Assembly (NCBI GenBank): GCA_033442325.1
Contig: JAWQFM010000015.1
Span: 252,891 to 316,890, forward strand
Direction: 5' to 3'
DNA: 64,000 nt
Source of the DNA: Salpingoeca rosetta
Taxonomy: Eukaryota > Protista > Choanoflagellata
Shown here: piece after piece, positions 48,441 to 61,170 of the stretch
How positions within the stretch are numbered: the stretch's first letter is position 1
How the letters are laid out: each line of letters starts with the position of its first letter
The notes under the pieces: generated by a model
Told to the model about the DNA's origin: nothing
Databases searched by the model: none
The model's input: the letters and a program-made list of their open reading frames with translations, nothing else
Program-made: the position numbers and the translations under genes

Positions 48441-48634
48441 CACCAACTTGGTTGTATCAACCCCCCCTTCTCTCTCTTTTGTTTATTTCGATATAATTTT
48501 TTTCTTCTTCGCCTTACACTTTCCGACTTTTTTCNNNNNNNNNNNNNNNNNNNNNNNNNNNNNNNNNNNNNNNNNNNNNNNNNNNNNNNNNNNNNNNNNN
48601 NNNNNNNNNNNNNNNNNNNNNNNNNNNNNNNNNN

Positions 48635-48727
<93 letters not shown>

Positions 48728-49903
48728 TTCCGAGTGTTCAACACAAGCGATACACGTGCACAGAAAGCGCTCGTTGTTGTGGCCACTCACCAACGTATTT
48801 GTAGAAGGGGATGGTGCACTCCTCATCATCGCCTGCGTACAGGTTGAACACGCCCTTATGCTGCAGACACACGCGCACGCAAACGTGAGCAGTCACCAGC
48901 ACACGCAATCTGCACATTGGTTTCGTGCAACCACAAGTCGTTTGGCTTTGCCACACACACACACACAAACACAAAGTCATGCACACACACACACACAAGC
49001 ACATGTACGCAAGCATGTATACATACATGAACGCACGCACGCGCACTGACCATGCTGAGCTTGACGTTGTTTGACTTGAGGCAATCGGCAACCACGTCCT
49101 CCTCTGCAAACACCTTCGAGCACTTTGGCAGATTCTGCCCGCTGGATGATGGCGCAGTCTTCGTATGCGTGTGCGTATGCGTGTGCGTGTGCGCGCGTGT
49201 GTGCGCGTGTGTGCGTGTGTGTGTGTACGTGTGGGGATGTATATACGTGGTTGAGAAGACATTGAATCAACCGCGTATCATTCAGCATATCTGCGACACA
49301 GCAAAGTGCTCGTGCGGCATGTGTTACCTTGCGGGACGGCCCTTTGCCTGCAAGCAAGAGCTCCGTCACAAACGAGGGGAACTGTTGCTCGCTCTGTCAA
49401 GGTGTGCGTCAAGATATCATGAAGGGGCACAAGGTTAGATCAGAGTGGCGGGCTCCACGATTAGTGATGGTTCAATCGACAGCATGAACGACAACAGTCC
49501 TCATAACAGCAAATCCCCCCGCGTCGTGAACACACGTGTTCCATCCTACGTGTTCCGCCCAACACTTCACACATAATCACACACGTACACACTCACACAC
49601 ACACTCACACACGTACACACACACACACACATTCCCACACACACGCACACACACACACACACACGCACGACGTACCCTGCGCATGTACTTTTGGCGAAGG
49701 AAGACGGCGTTCATGATCATGGTGGAAATGTCGCCCGTCTCAAGCTCGTGCTGGTGTTATCCAAACAACAAACAAGCCAATGCGTGCATGCAATGAGTCC
49801 AATGCACCAGAGGTGCTAACGATGCGGTTGCTAGTGGTGCAGGTGATGTAGACACACACACACACACACGAACACACACACACACACGAACACACACACA
49901 CGA

Positions 49904-49935
<32 letters not shown>

Positions 49936-50563
49936 GCACGCACACACACACAAAAAAAAATGTCACCACCGGCATACATTCTCACCTTCTCCATGCGTGT
50001 GAGGAGGATGCGGCGGAAGTCGACAGCAGAGGTGGCCTCCTTGAGGTCGGGGGCGATGGTGGTCATCGAGGTGAGGCGCTCGCGGCGGCGGACCGGCGGG
50101 GACAGCGACCCTTTGCTCGGCTCAGGGGCATCTGGAGGCTGCAGCTTCGCGTGCCACTTCAACAGCGCATCCTGGAGAGCGTGGACAAGGGACGAGGAGG
50201 TTTGGGGTGTGGGTTAGGAAAGGTTTGAAAGGGTGAGTGAAGAAAGGGGCGAGAGGATGGGGGATACAACAGACGAGGTAAGGGAAGGGAACAAACGCAA
50301 CACACACATACACATACACACACATATGCAGCCAGGCTTACGTTGAGCTTCTTCTCTTCGGTGACGGTGTAGCGAGCGTCACCGGTCAGGCGGGCGGCCT
50401 GCAGCATCTCCTCCTCCTCGTCGGCTGAAACCTGCCGTGGAGTAGCAATTAAAGCAAGGGAAGGAAGGGAGCAAGGGAAGGGAGTTCAAGCACGAACCAC
50501 ACGCGTGTTAGTTCACACACACACACACGCACACACGCGCACACACTATCTCTCTGACTCACT

Positions 50564-50597
<34 letters not shown>

Positions 50598-51113
50598 CGC
50601 GCACACACCCGACCTGATCCTCTTCGTCGGAGACATCCTCGATGACGTCAGGCACGCCGCTCTGCAGGTACTTGAGGGCGCTGCTTGGCTGGGTCTCCAT
50701 CAGCTGACGATACACGTCTTGCTGGTTCCTGTGGGTGTCAAAAGCAAGGTCCAAGGGCCGTTCGGAAATGAGGGTGAATGAAGCTGGTGTCACACCACAC
50801 CACTGCAGGCAACAGCAAGCAAATGCACTCGTCGTGCAGTGCATGCAACGCATGGGACACCACAAACGAAGGGGATCAAAGCCGCAACAGAAGCCCTGTC
50901 ACACAGCACACACAGGCATTCAAACAGCACACACACGCACGCACTGGCGTACCCTGGCAGGATGCAGACATCGCCGGAGGCGGTGTGGACGACGCCGACG
51001 TCCTTTGTCTTCTTGCTGCTGCTGCTGCTGCTGCTCTCCGCGCTTGTGTTGGGTTCCACGACCGTGGGCTTCTCTTCCTCCGTCTTCTTGGAGGCGTCTC
51101 CCTTGTCGGCCAT
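44323..51113 (-). CDS. AMPD: AMP deaminase, many exons
   Basis: HRDFYNIRK|VDTHVH (zinc HxH), [68 protein letters not shown]|[14 protein letters not shown]; ends LQEEA*. Confidence 0.96.
48535..48634. other. Assembly gap (100 N) inside an AMPD intron
   Basis: Run of N. The flanking exons join in phase (…FYKYV|DVKYYLRD…), so probably no exon is missing. Confidence 0.95.
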
Positions 51114-51328
51114 GCTCACTGGCTCTTGTCGCAGTGGGGGTGGAGGGAGCGGTTCACTCACGTGCTACCAGCAAGGGCGCAATCAATCAATCAAGCAAGC
51201 AAGAAGCAAGGTCGATCTTGGATCTGGGCTGATGTGATGATGGCAATGCGGACGCTGTGCGGAAAAAATGACAGCACTCTCTCAGCTCAGCGCACAAAAG
51301 TCAGCGCACAAAAAGCGCACACGGCACA

Positions 51329-53509
51329 ATGCAAGAAGGAAACAACGTCTTCTTCGAAAACGCACACAACGCGCACACGAAGAAGAGAAGAAATTGCGCG
51401 ATTGCGAAATCGGGAAACGACAGCATGAACAGTAGTCGGATATGGCGGAGCGGCTCAACAAGCCCAGCAAGCACAACAAGCGCAGCAAGTACAACAAGCG
51501 CAGGAGCGTTGGGTTTGGTAGCTGTGCTGCCGTGTTGTGGCAGCGATTGCAAGCAGCACGCGCGCTGCGTCAGCGTGGACTTTGGCGTCACCACGCCACA
51601 CATCCAAGGCAAGAAGCACAAGAAGCAGCACCAGCAGCACGACCACAGGCCAACACAGCATGAGCAACGACAGCAAGCAACGTCGTCTGTCACCGAAGAG
51701 GTGGATGGTGCCGCGCTGCCCCGGAAGCGTGCAAAAGGCGCGCTGACAGGAACACCAGCCAAACCAGCAGCTGTGCCAGCATCGGTACCAGCCGCAGGCA
51801 CGCAGCGTGACAGGCTGTCTGCCTGTTTCAGTGCTTGTGAGACCTTCTATTCAACGCTGCCTCGTGAGCGCAGATGTGTCCACGACTCGCACACGTGCTT
51901 GACGCGAGAGCAGATCAAGACGCTCTCCAAGGACCCTTGGCCCGCAGCAACAGATCCAGGCACAACACAACAACTGCCGCCACTGAGGTTGCCAGACGCG
52001 AGCAGCGACAGGATGCCCATGCGCCTCACGACCACCGACCTCGCCAACCGCATCGTCTGCGTAATGTCACCGGAAAGGGTGGCCCACGATGAAAAGCAGC
52101 CTGCTGACGGCCAGGCAGAGGCGACCAACACCAAGCTCGATACGAACTGCGGTGCGTGCTGCTACCGAGCGCAGATTGACGACAAGGAGATACTGGTGCC
52201 ATCGCCCTGCAGGTTCCTGCTGGCAAACATCCAACACCTGCGCCCGCACATGCAGGACCTTGGCGTCTTTGATCTCATTGTGATGGATCCGCCGTGGCAC
52301 AACGGCTCTGTTCGCCGCGGGTCCCGATATGGTACCATGGATTACGACGCCATCATGGACATTCCCATCCCGTTTCTCATGTCGCCGCGCTGCCTCCTCG
52401 CCCTCTGGATCACCAACAACGACCGCTGCGCCACATTCGTCCACGTGAGTTGCAAGGAATGTGTGTGTGCGTGCTTTTGTCTGTGTGTGTGTGCGTGTGT
52501 GTGTGTATGCGTGTGTGTGTGTGTGTGTGTGTGTGCGTGCTTTTGTCTGTGTGTGTGTGTATGTGTATGTGTTTGTGCTTTTGTGTGTATGTGTGTGTGT
52601 ATGTGTGTGTGTGCTTTTTTGTGTGTATGTGTGTGTGTGTGCTTTTTTGTGTGTGTGTGTGGTGGTGGTCACTAATGTGATGAATTCAATGCGGTCGTGC
52701 CGCAGTTCGCACCCGTGCGCACAAGCACACCATCACATACATAGACACAGACGCGCAGCCACACCACATTTGTGCATGCATGAGCTGATGCTGTTCCCTT
52801 GCGTGCTGTGCAGGAGAGGTTGCTGCCTCACTGGGGCTTGAAGAAGGTGACGGAGTGGAAATGGTTAAAGGTGACGACGCAAGGGGAGCCCGTGTTCCCG
52901 CTCTCAAGCCGCCACAAGCGCCCATATGAGGTGCTCATCCTCGCCACGAATGCCCCGGGCGCCTTTGAAACCGCACCAGCATACGGCATCGTCCACCAAT
53001 GGCAGGCAGCGATGCGCCAGCAGCAGGACGAGGACAGGAGGGAGCAGCAGCAGGACGAGGAGAAACAGCAGAAATTGGAGACGAAGGAGAACGAGGGTGA
53101 GAAGCAGGAAGGTGAACAGCACCAGCAAGTTGCGAAATGCTCAAACCACACTGAACACTCACAGCAGGTCAAACATGCACCACCAGCTGTTGTGCAGCAT
53201 GGAGCTGATGCCCCAATAGCGCTGCCTGCGGACCTGCGCATTGCCGGCGTGCCCTCGCTCGTGCACAGCGAAAAGCCGCCCGCAATTCACCGCTTGCTCG
53301 TGTCGTTGCTGACACGCGGCTCGAACACATCTCCTTTGCGACAGCAGCAGCAGCAGCAGCAGCGGCAGGAGGAGGATGGTGTGCTTGCAAGCACACCACG
53401 ACAACGCCCGCGGTGTCTGGAAGTGTTTGCGCGGCGGTTGCACCGGCATTGGACGAGTGTTGGCAACCAGGTCTTCAAGCTGCAGGACGTGCGCCTGTAT
53501 GACGCTTGA
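51329..53509 (+). CDS. METTL4: MT-A70 family N6-adenine methyltransferase, METTL4-like (2 exons; start may be the ATG at 51425)
   Basis: FDLIVMDPPWHNGSVRR (DPPW), LALWITN, WKWLKVTTQGEPVFPL...HKRPYE, VPSLVHSEKPP, LEVFARRL...WTSVGNQV. NxSVxR and KxPYE are METTL4-clade features. Confidence 0.9.
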
Positions 53510-53999
53510 GCAACGTGCGTGTTGTGGTGTGTATGTTTGTATGTGTGAATGAATGTAAGTATGCCTGTGTGTGTCTGTGTGTGTGTGTCTGTGTGTGTCT
53601 GTGTGTGTGTGTCTGTGTCTGTGTGTGTCTGTGTGTCTGTGTGTGTGTGTGCAAATATATGTACATATGTGTCTGTGTGCGTGTGTGTTGTGAGAGAAAG
53701 ACGTGTGGTTGTATCAGTTCAAAGCACTCAGCCATCTGCGTGTTCGTTCCCCACACCCACCCACGCCCTTGTTCACGAAGTTGTGTATGGGACGGGCGTT
53801 TATGGTGATTGATGGTTCTGTCAAACCAAGGAACAAAGTGAAACGAGAGAAAGAAGGAAGCAAAACACGACCCAAAAAACGAACAACAGAAGCGACCATT
53901 CGTGCCATGCCATGTACACCACAAACAGGCATCACGCGTGCCGCAGTATCGTCATGCAAGTCATGTCAGCAGCAAGCTTTTCTGTAAGCAGTCCAATCC

Positions 54000-54033
<34 letters not shown>

Positions 54034-54250
54034 GCAGCAGCAGCAGCAACAACAACGACATACATGCATGCACATGCAAGCATGCGACAAGTACGAGTTC
54101 AAAATGCAGCAACGCAAAACGACAATCAGCGAGGAAGGAAGAGGGTCAGCGGGGAAACAAAGTGTGGAAACAATGCTCAGAGGAACAGGAAGAAGGAAGA
54201 AACGTGCTTAGTTCCACATCAAACACGCGGTTGGTTGTAGTGGTACAGCG

Positions 54251-56926
54251 TCATGCCAGGAGATCAAAGATGGGAGCAGCCACGTTTTGGCGGGAAGAGG
54301 GGCTGCTGCCTGTATTGGCGTCAGCGTTGGGGGATGTGTTCTCGTCATCCTCCGTGATGCAGGCGAGGGCGGGACGTGCACGCGAGGGACCTGTGTGTTG
54401 GTACGGCGGGCAGCGAGTGGGCCGAACAGTGAGCGCAGGTGCACAACAGTATCAACACGAAGAGAAAGAGAAACATGGCAAAGAACACAAAAGACTGGGA
54501 ATGGATGCACGTGTTCCTCGAGTGAGTGTGCCCAACACAGAAAGCGCACGCGCTTACACGCAGACGCACACACACACATACACACATACATACACACACA
54601 CATACACACACACATACACACACACACACTCACTCACGTTTGCGGGAGGACATGAAGAGCGGAGTGGATGTGCAAGGGCGCGGAGTGAGGTTGATGAGGG
54701 CTGGCGAGGGTGCACAGCTGTCAGCGTTGTCACCGCCACGCTGCGGTGTCTGTTGCGGCGTCTCGCACGTGAGCAGCGCAGCCAGATTGCTGTTGGGCGT
54801 GAGGGCGCGAAGACTGCTGCGACGACGGCGCGTTGAGCTCGCATTGACTGGCGTACAAGGAATATCCTCCTCCTGCTGCTGTTGCTGCTGTTCAGTGGCG
54901 TGGTGGGCTGCACCATCAGTGGCATTCTGCTGTGCTGTCGCATCGGCTCGCACATCAAGGGCCGGGTTGGGTTTGTATGCAAAGTTGGGCTGCTCAATGG
55001 CAGTGGAGAACTCCATCACCGTGTTGGCATTGCGGTACTTGCTGGGCGTCTGCGAGAATGTTGGTGCAGAGCAGACGACACATACAAAGGTCAGAGAAAG
55101 CAAATACAAGGGCACACGCGATCGAAAACTCGACCCCACCACCAGCCATACGCCACCCACAGCCCCATCACCACCCAAAACAACAACAACAGCAACCATG
55201 GCCAATATTTCCATCTGCGTACCGTGCGCCGGGAGCGACGAACAGGGGTGAAGATGACCTCGGCGCCAAGGCTCTCCCGCTCCGTCTTGGAGGCGCGCAC
55301 GGGGGTGAGCAGCATGCTGTTGTTGCGGCGGGCGCCAGCAGCTGTGCGGCGCTTGCCAGAGAAGAGTGGCGTGATGGGCGCAACCATCGCAATGCCGTTA
55401 CCGTTGTCATCGTTGTCCGTCTCAACATCGCTGTCATCGCGGAGCGAAAGGCGCGCGTTCTTGCGGCGTGGGAGGGCATCAGCAGCAATTGGCGACGCGG
55501 CCGTGATATTGTCAGCGATGAGCGCATCAACCCCGTTGGCCACATCGTCCAGGGATGGTGGCGGCACGGGTGCTGGCAGACTCGCGGGCTTGGGTGCAAC
55601 AGCGAGCTCAATCTGCGGTGACGCCTGGAACCGATTGCAACGAAACGTGTGCACGAGAACAGGTTAATATGGGTTGGGCATGGTGTGTGTTTGTTTGTTT
55701 GTTTGTTTGTTCGATTGCTTGTTTGTTTGTTTGTTCGATTGCTTGTTTGTTTGTTTGTTTGTTTGTTTGTTTGTTTGTTTGTTTGTTTGTTTGTTTGTTT
55801 GTTTGTTTGTTTGTTTGTTTGTTTGTTTGTTTGTTTGTTGTGTGTTTGTGTGTATGTACAACAAGCAACACTTGATGTGGGTTTGAATGTGTTGTTCGTG
55901 ACAGTGGTGGTGCTCACAGTGGCAGCTGTGCGCTTTTCGGCGCGCTTCTTGGCGAGAAAGGCGGCGACAGCAGATGAGGGCTTGCCCTTGCGCGCCTTGC
56001 GAACGACCCTGATGGACAAGAAGTGCAGGAGTGAATGGACAAAGTGTCAGATAAACGACAGTAGACTCACACACTCATGAAGAATTCTTCAAGAAGCGAT
56101 AGGGGTCCGGTTTGCCACCGTCGCTGCTCACAGCGCCAATTAATCACTCACACACACTCCACACACACACACACTCCACACACACACACACACGCACACA
56201 CACACTCCACACACACACGCACGCACGCACGCACGCACGCACACCCGCACGCACACACGCACGCACGACGATCAGCACGCACTTCTTCTTTGCTTTGCGC
56301 TTCTTTGGCGCAGCAGGCTCCGGTGTCTCCTGCTTGTGCTGCCAGTTGTTGCTGCGAATTTCATCCAGCGCCTTGAACATCGCCTTGATGTCCATCACCT
56401 GGACAAACAGAAAACATGTTGTTTTGCGTGCAGCGCAAATGGATGAGGGTCGAAGGTGGTGCTGCTTTGTGTTTTATGTCACAGACACGCTCCATGGAGT
56501 CATGTAAAGGGTTACCTTGTCGCAACACACCATACACCACACACCATACAAACAAGTCACACACCTGAGCTTCGACGCGCGCGTCCCAGTAGCCCTGAAG
56601 ATCGTCCAAGCGGACAGTGGCGTCGTCGTTGTTGGCGTTGTGGCACAGCTCCAGGTACTGTGACAAACAACATGCACACACAATGCATGTTCGTTTGGTG
56701 AGGACCGTTGTTGCAGTGGTGTGCCACCATGACACAACACAAGCGCGTCCTCATAGAGCACACACACACACACGCACACACACACACACAACACACACAC
56801 ACACACACACACAAACTCACAAACACACCTTGGGCATGAGCTTGCGCATGAGAAGCTCCGCCTGGCCGAGGGCGCGGTTGATTTCGCCCTCAAGCTCACT
56901 GTTCACAGCAGTGGCCTGTGTGTGTG

Positions 56927-56958
<32 letters not shown>

Positions 56959-56966
56959 AACCTTTG

Positions 56967-57012
<46 letters not shown>

Positions 57013-57013
57013 T

Positions 57014-57054
<41 letters not shown>

Positions 57055-58173
57055 TGTGTCTGTGTGTGTCTGTGTCTGTGTGTGTCTGTGTCTGTGTGTG
57101 TGCGTTATGTTCGCATGGAAACTTGTTACTCTTCAATCGGACACAGAGAGTGATGACTGCACACATTACCTTGATGAACTGCTCCATGGTTTTGAATGGC
57201 GATCGCGCTCGCCCGACAATAAATGGCGGCTTTGCGTTTGCAGTGGCCTGCTCCTGTTCTTGTTGTCTCTTCTCCTCGCGCGCCTGAACAGAAATCAACA
57301 GCGCAAACCACAACGTGAGGCGGTGACATGACGTGTGCAAAGGCAAGAAAAAGGAAAAGGTAGGCTGTGTGCATGTGCAAAACGTGTGCAAGCCGCAGGA
57401 TCAAACGACAGAGATCGGTAGGTGTACCTTTTGCCAGATTTGCAGTTTCTGTCGGCGATCCATCTTGGGCACTGAGGAAAAGGGAGAGAGTGTGTGTGAG
57501 TGTGAGTGTGAGTGTGTGTGTGTGTGTGTGTGTATTTGTGCGTGAATGCACGGGTGAGTGAGTGAGTGTATGTATGTGCGTGAGTATGTGTATATGTATG
57601 ATTGTATGCGCATGTGTGAGTGGGATGAAGCAAAGAAGGGGTGAGAAGGTGCCACGAATATGCATGCAAACTGGGAGTGGTGCGTGTGTGCAACGCAGCC
57701 ACCCCAACGCAACGGAACGCACTTGTGCTAAAGTCGACGAGCGAAGTGTTGGTGGACTCCATGTCCCTATTTTCGTTGAGGCGCTGTTGCCGTGTGACGG
57801 AGCGTTGGTGTTGCCTTCGAGTCTGGCGTGAGTTCTGAAGGACTGCAGGCGTGGTCGACGGCATAGGAATAGGGGGAGTGTGTGAGGCGGGGGGGGAGTG
57901 TGTGTGTGGGAAATGTGCATTGAAGCATGAAAGTGTAAACACATGACGCACGTTCTTGGTTTATCTTTGTGTACGCGTGCATGAGTGTAGCCACGCACGC
58001 CCACGCACAACGACAAGCTAGCGCGCACAAGCACACACAGACGAGCACATCTGCTCATATCTCCCCACGTCCCTCCCAACGCACACACACACACACACAC
58101 ACACACCTTCTGAGGAGCGCTCGAAGCGCTGTTTGAATTGGTGAAGGCGGGCGCTGCGCCGTGTCGTGGGCAT
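54251..58173 (-). CDS. DLGAP5: GKAP/GH1-domain protein, DLGAP5 (HURP/Mars)-like spindle protein
   Basis: EINRALGQAELLMRKLMPK|YLELC...DDLQGYWD...Q|VMDIKAMFKALDEIRSNNW matches the GH1 core (AVGQ.RLLM..F..L...DL.GFWD..Q..D....F..L..L....W). Basic N-terminus and KPPFIVGR are HURP-like; many S/TP sites; no obvious C-terminal PDZ ligand. Confidence 0.75.
55689..55838. repeat. (GTTT)n tetranucleotide repeat in a DLGAP5-like intron
   Basis: GTTT run interrupted twice by the same 'cgattgctt' variant. Confidence 0.9.
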
Positions 58174-58397
58174 GATGGCAACTGGCGTGCACGCTACTGC
58201 TTGAGAGGTCAAGGGGCAGGCAGGTGGAGGTGGGAGGGGACGCGATCAAGCGAAGGGAAGAAGGATGACGGTCTGGATGCGGTCGGTGCGCCAGATTCAT
58301 TCAGTGCGTGCAGTGCTGTGTGCTGTGTGTGCAGAGAGAGGAGGAAATGTCGTGTGTGGGGGGAAATCGTGGTTGCGACAACAACCAACCAGCTTTT

Positions 58398-58411
58398 TTT
58401 GAATTTCGCGG
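58398..58411. promoter_or_regulatory. Adjacent CHR-like and E2F-like motifs in the DLGAP5/eIF4E bidirectional promoter
   Basis: TTTGAA immediately followed by TTTCGCGG, ~225 bp upstream of the DLGAP5-like ATG. Confidence 0.4.
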
Positions 58412-58703
58412 CGAATGTGGCCGTGGCATAGAAATAGCATGGTGAAAATTGACCTATAATTTCAACCAACATTCCGAGCGTGTGGTGTTGTGTGTGCGAT
58501 CGCACGACAACCGCGTGTGTGCATCCTTTTCTCTTCGCCCACCTTGCTTCACTCGCTGCCTTTCAGCTTCTCCTGTGGATCCACACCCACTGCGCCCGTC
58601 CTTGTTTGCCGCATCGCTGTTTGAGTCAGCCCCCCCCCCTTGCCACTTTTCCTTCCGCACCTTACCCTCCACGCCCCCATACTGTTGCGTCGCACCAGCC
58701 AAG

Positions 58704-58794
58704 ATGTCCATGCTTGAGCGCAAGTCGTCCGAACAGGAGCAGCCAAACAACGTGCGTGTGTGTGTGTGTGTGTGTGTGCGTGTGTATGTTCTTG

Positions 58795-58825
<31 letters not shown>

Positions 58826-59483
58826 CTTGTGTTGTGCGTGTATGTTCTTGTTGTGTGTGTGTGTGTGTGTTCTTGTGTTGTGCGTGTATGTTCTTGTTGT
58901 GTGTCTGTGTGCGTATGCTCTTGTTGCGTGTGTCTGTGTGCGGATGCTCTGCGTATACGCGTCGCCCTCCCTTGCAGAACCGCACACAGAGTGACTCACT
59001 CAATCAGTCTCTTCTTCTCCCCCCCCCTCTTTGCTCTGTCATCAACCCTGCAGCAATGCGAGTTGGCTGTCCCCATTGGCCCTGAGCCGGAGCACAAGCT
59101 GTGCGACACGTGGTGCCTGTACTACGACAACCCCATGGACCTTCCCCGCAACCCCACAGATGAGCAGTACAAGCAGAACCTCAAGAAGGTGTGTGGGTGT
59201 AAATGCGAAGTGGGTGTGTGGGTGTGTGGGTTTTGTTGGTGGGTGTGTGGCAGTTGTGTCCTCGTCGCTGTCATGTTGCTGCGTGCACGTTTTCGCCCTT
59301 CCTTCCCCTTCCCTCTGCCTGTGAATGTTCGTGCTGATGCTTCCTTTTTCCGGTGCACTCAACACTGCACATGACCGTGACTCGAAACAGGTGTATGTGT
59401 TTGACACGCTGGAGCAGTTCTGGCGCCTGTACAACAACATCAAGGCCGTGGAGGAGATGAGCGGCTGCAACTTCCACCTCTTC

Positions 59484-59526
<43 letters not shown>

Positions 59527-60506
59527 GGTAGACTTGTGCGCTTTTGCTTCTTGCACGCATGCGTGTGTGCACCCTTGGTGCCTGTTTTGTCTTCGTCTTT
59601 GTTCAACCCTTTCCTCCTTCACCCAACCACGTGTGCTTTCATTTGTTTACAATGTAGAATGGCGTGTCGCCGACCTGGGAGGATCCCTTCAACGAGCGCG
59701 GTGGCAAGTGGGTGTGCCAGGTTGGCATTTCCAACGACCTGTGGATGCGCACCATCTTGAGCGTGATTGGCGGTCTCTTCGGCGAGTATCAGGACCATGT
59801 GTGCGGCGCTGTGGCCGCTCTCAAGAAGTCCAAGAAGCGCGACCGCCTCAGCCTCTGGCTCAAGGACGTGTCTGACAGAGAGGCCTGCATGGCGATTGGG
59901 TGCGTATGATGATGGTCGTGCTGCTGCTGCTGCTGCTGTTGTTGTTGTTGCTCCTTCCTGCTTCTTCCAAGTCTTTGCTGCGCCTTGTCCTATTTTATGT
60001 GTGTTGTGTCGACTGTATCACTCATGGGCTTCCCCACATTCGCTCACGTGTCTTCCTCCCTCTCCCCCGGGTCCTGTTCTGTTTATTTCTGTTCAGCCGC
60101 AAGTGGAAGGATATTTGCAGGGAGCTGGGCAAGATTGAGTTCCTTGTAAGTTGGTTGCACCATCGCAGCTGTATTGCTTCGTGCACATGCACACTCACGC
60201 ACACTCACACATATGCACACACGCACACACTCACACATATTCACACGCACGCATGCACGCACGCACGCACGCATTTCTCATCTCCCAAACCCCCCCCCCC
60301 TACACACACACCCTCACACATATGCACACTCACTCACACACACATATGCACACGCACGCACGCATTTCTCATCTCCCAACCCTCTCCCCCTCCCAACACA
60401 CACACACACGCGTCCCTCGCATCTGTCACCCTCCCAACAGCCTCATCAGGTCGCACAGAAGGCCAAGTCCAGCTACTTCTCTGAGAGCAAGTACATGATC
60501 AACTAG
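58704..60506 (+). CDS. EIF4E: eIF4E-family cap-binding protein, non-class-I aromatic pattern
   Basis: HKLCDTWCLYYD...YKQNLKK|VYVFDTLEQFWRLYNNI...FHLFR|NGVSPTWEDPFNERGGKW...LW..TILSVIG...VCGAV...DRLSLW...IG|RKWK...SKYMIN*. Confidence 0.93.
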
Positions 60507-61170
60507 GCAGATTCCACACACACACACCCCTCTCTCTCTCCTCCCTCTCTTCCCACACGTTCTATGCGCGCTGTGGTGGTGTTCTGTTTTTGGTGTGCGC
60601 GCACGCGGTAGCTGTGCGCGCTTTCTTGGTGTACATGTACATGGCTTAATGGAAATTGCAGCCCTTTGCAAGTCTTTTGAGCCAGTTGCTTGCTTGCTTG
60701 GTTCTGTTCCTTTGCCCCTGCCCCCTCTCTCTACTTCTCTTCCTTCCTCTCACCACCCTACGATTGAGCCAGTGACATGTTGCTTCCTCGCGCGCTATGT
60801 GCACGTGATGCCATAGCATCCTTCGTGTGTGTTGCTTCTCTGTTTTCCTCCGCCGTGTACGACGCCGGTTATTCCGAGCTGTCGTTGCGGAGATGTGCGT
60901 TGTGCGTGTATGTAATTGTGTGAGTGCGCCCCTCATTTGCGCGACGGTCGCATTAAACACCAGACAAGTCGCGCTGTGGCTCTGGATGCGTTTATTGCGG
61001 CTCATAATTGTAGTGTGGTGTGGTGGTGTGATGTGACACGCAAACGCAACATATGACATGTGACAACATCACATGCGTGAGCAACAAACGCTTCCCTCAA
61101 CCCAGACCCAAGGACCCATGGCCTCGCTCCTTCGCTCGCTCCCTTCCCCTCTCAAGCCTTCAAGCTCCCT

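Noticed and set aside
48440-48534. AT-rich segment next to the N gap as a possible insertion end
   Set aside because: Too short and directly at a contig end, where low-quality bases are likely.
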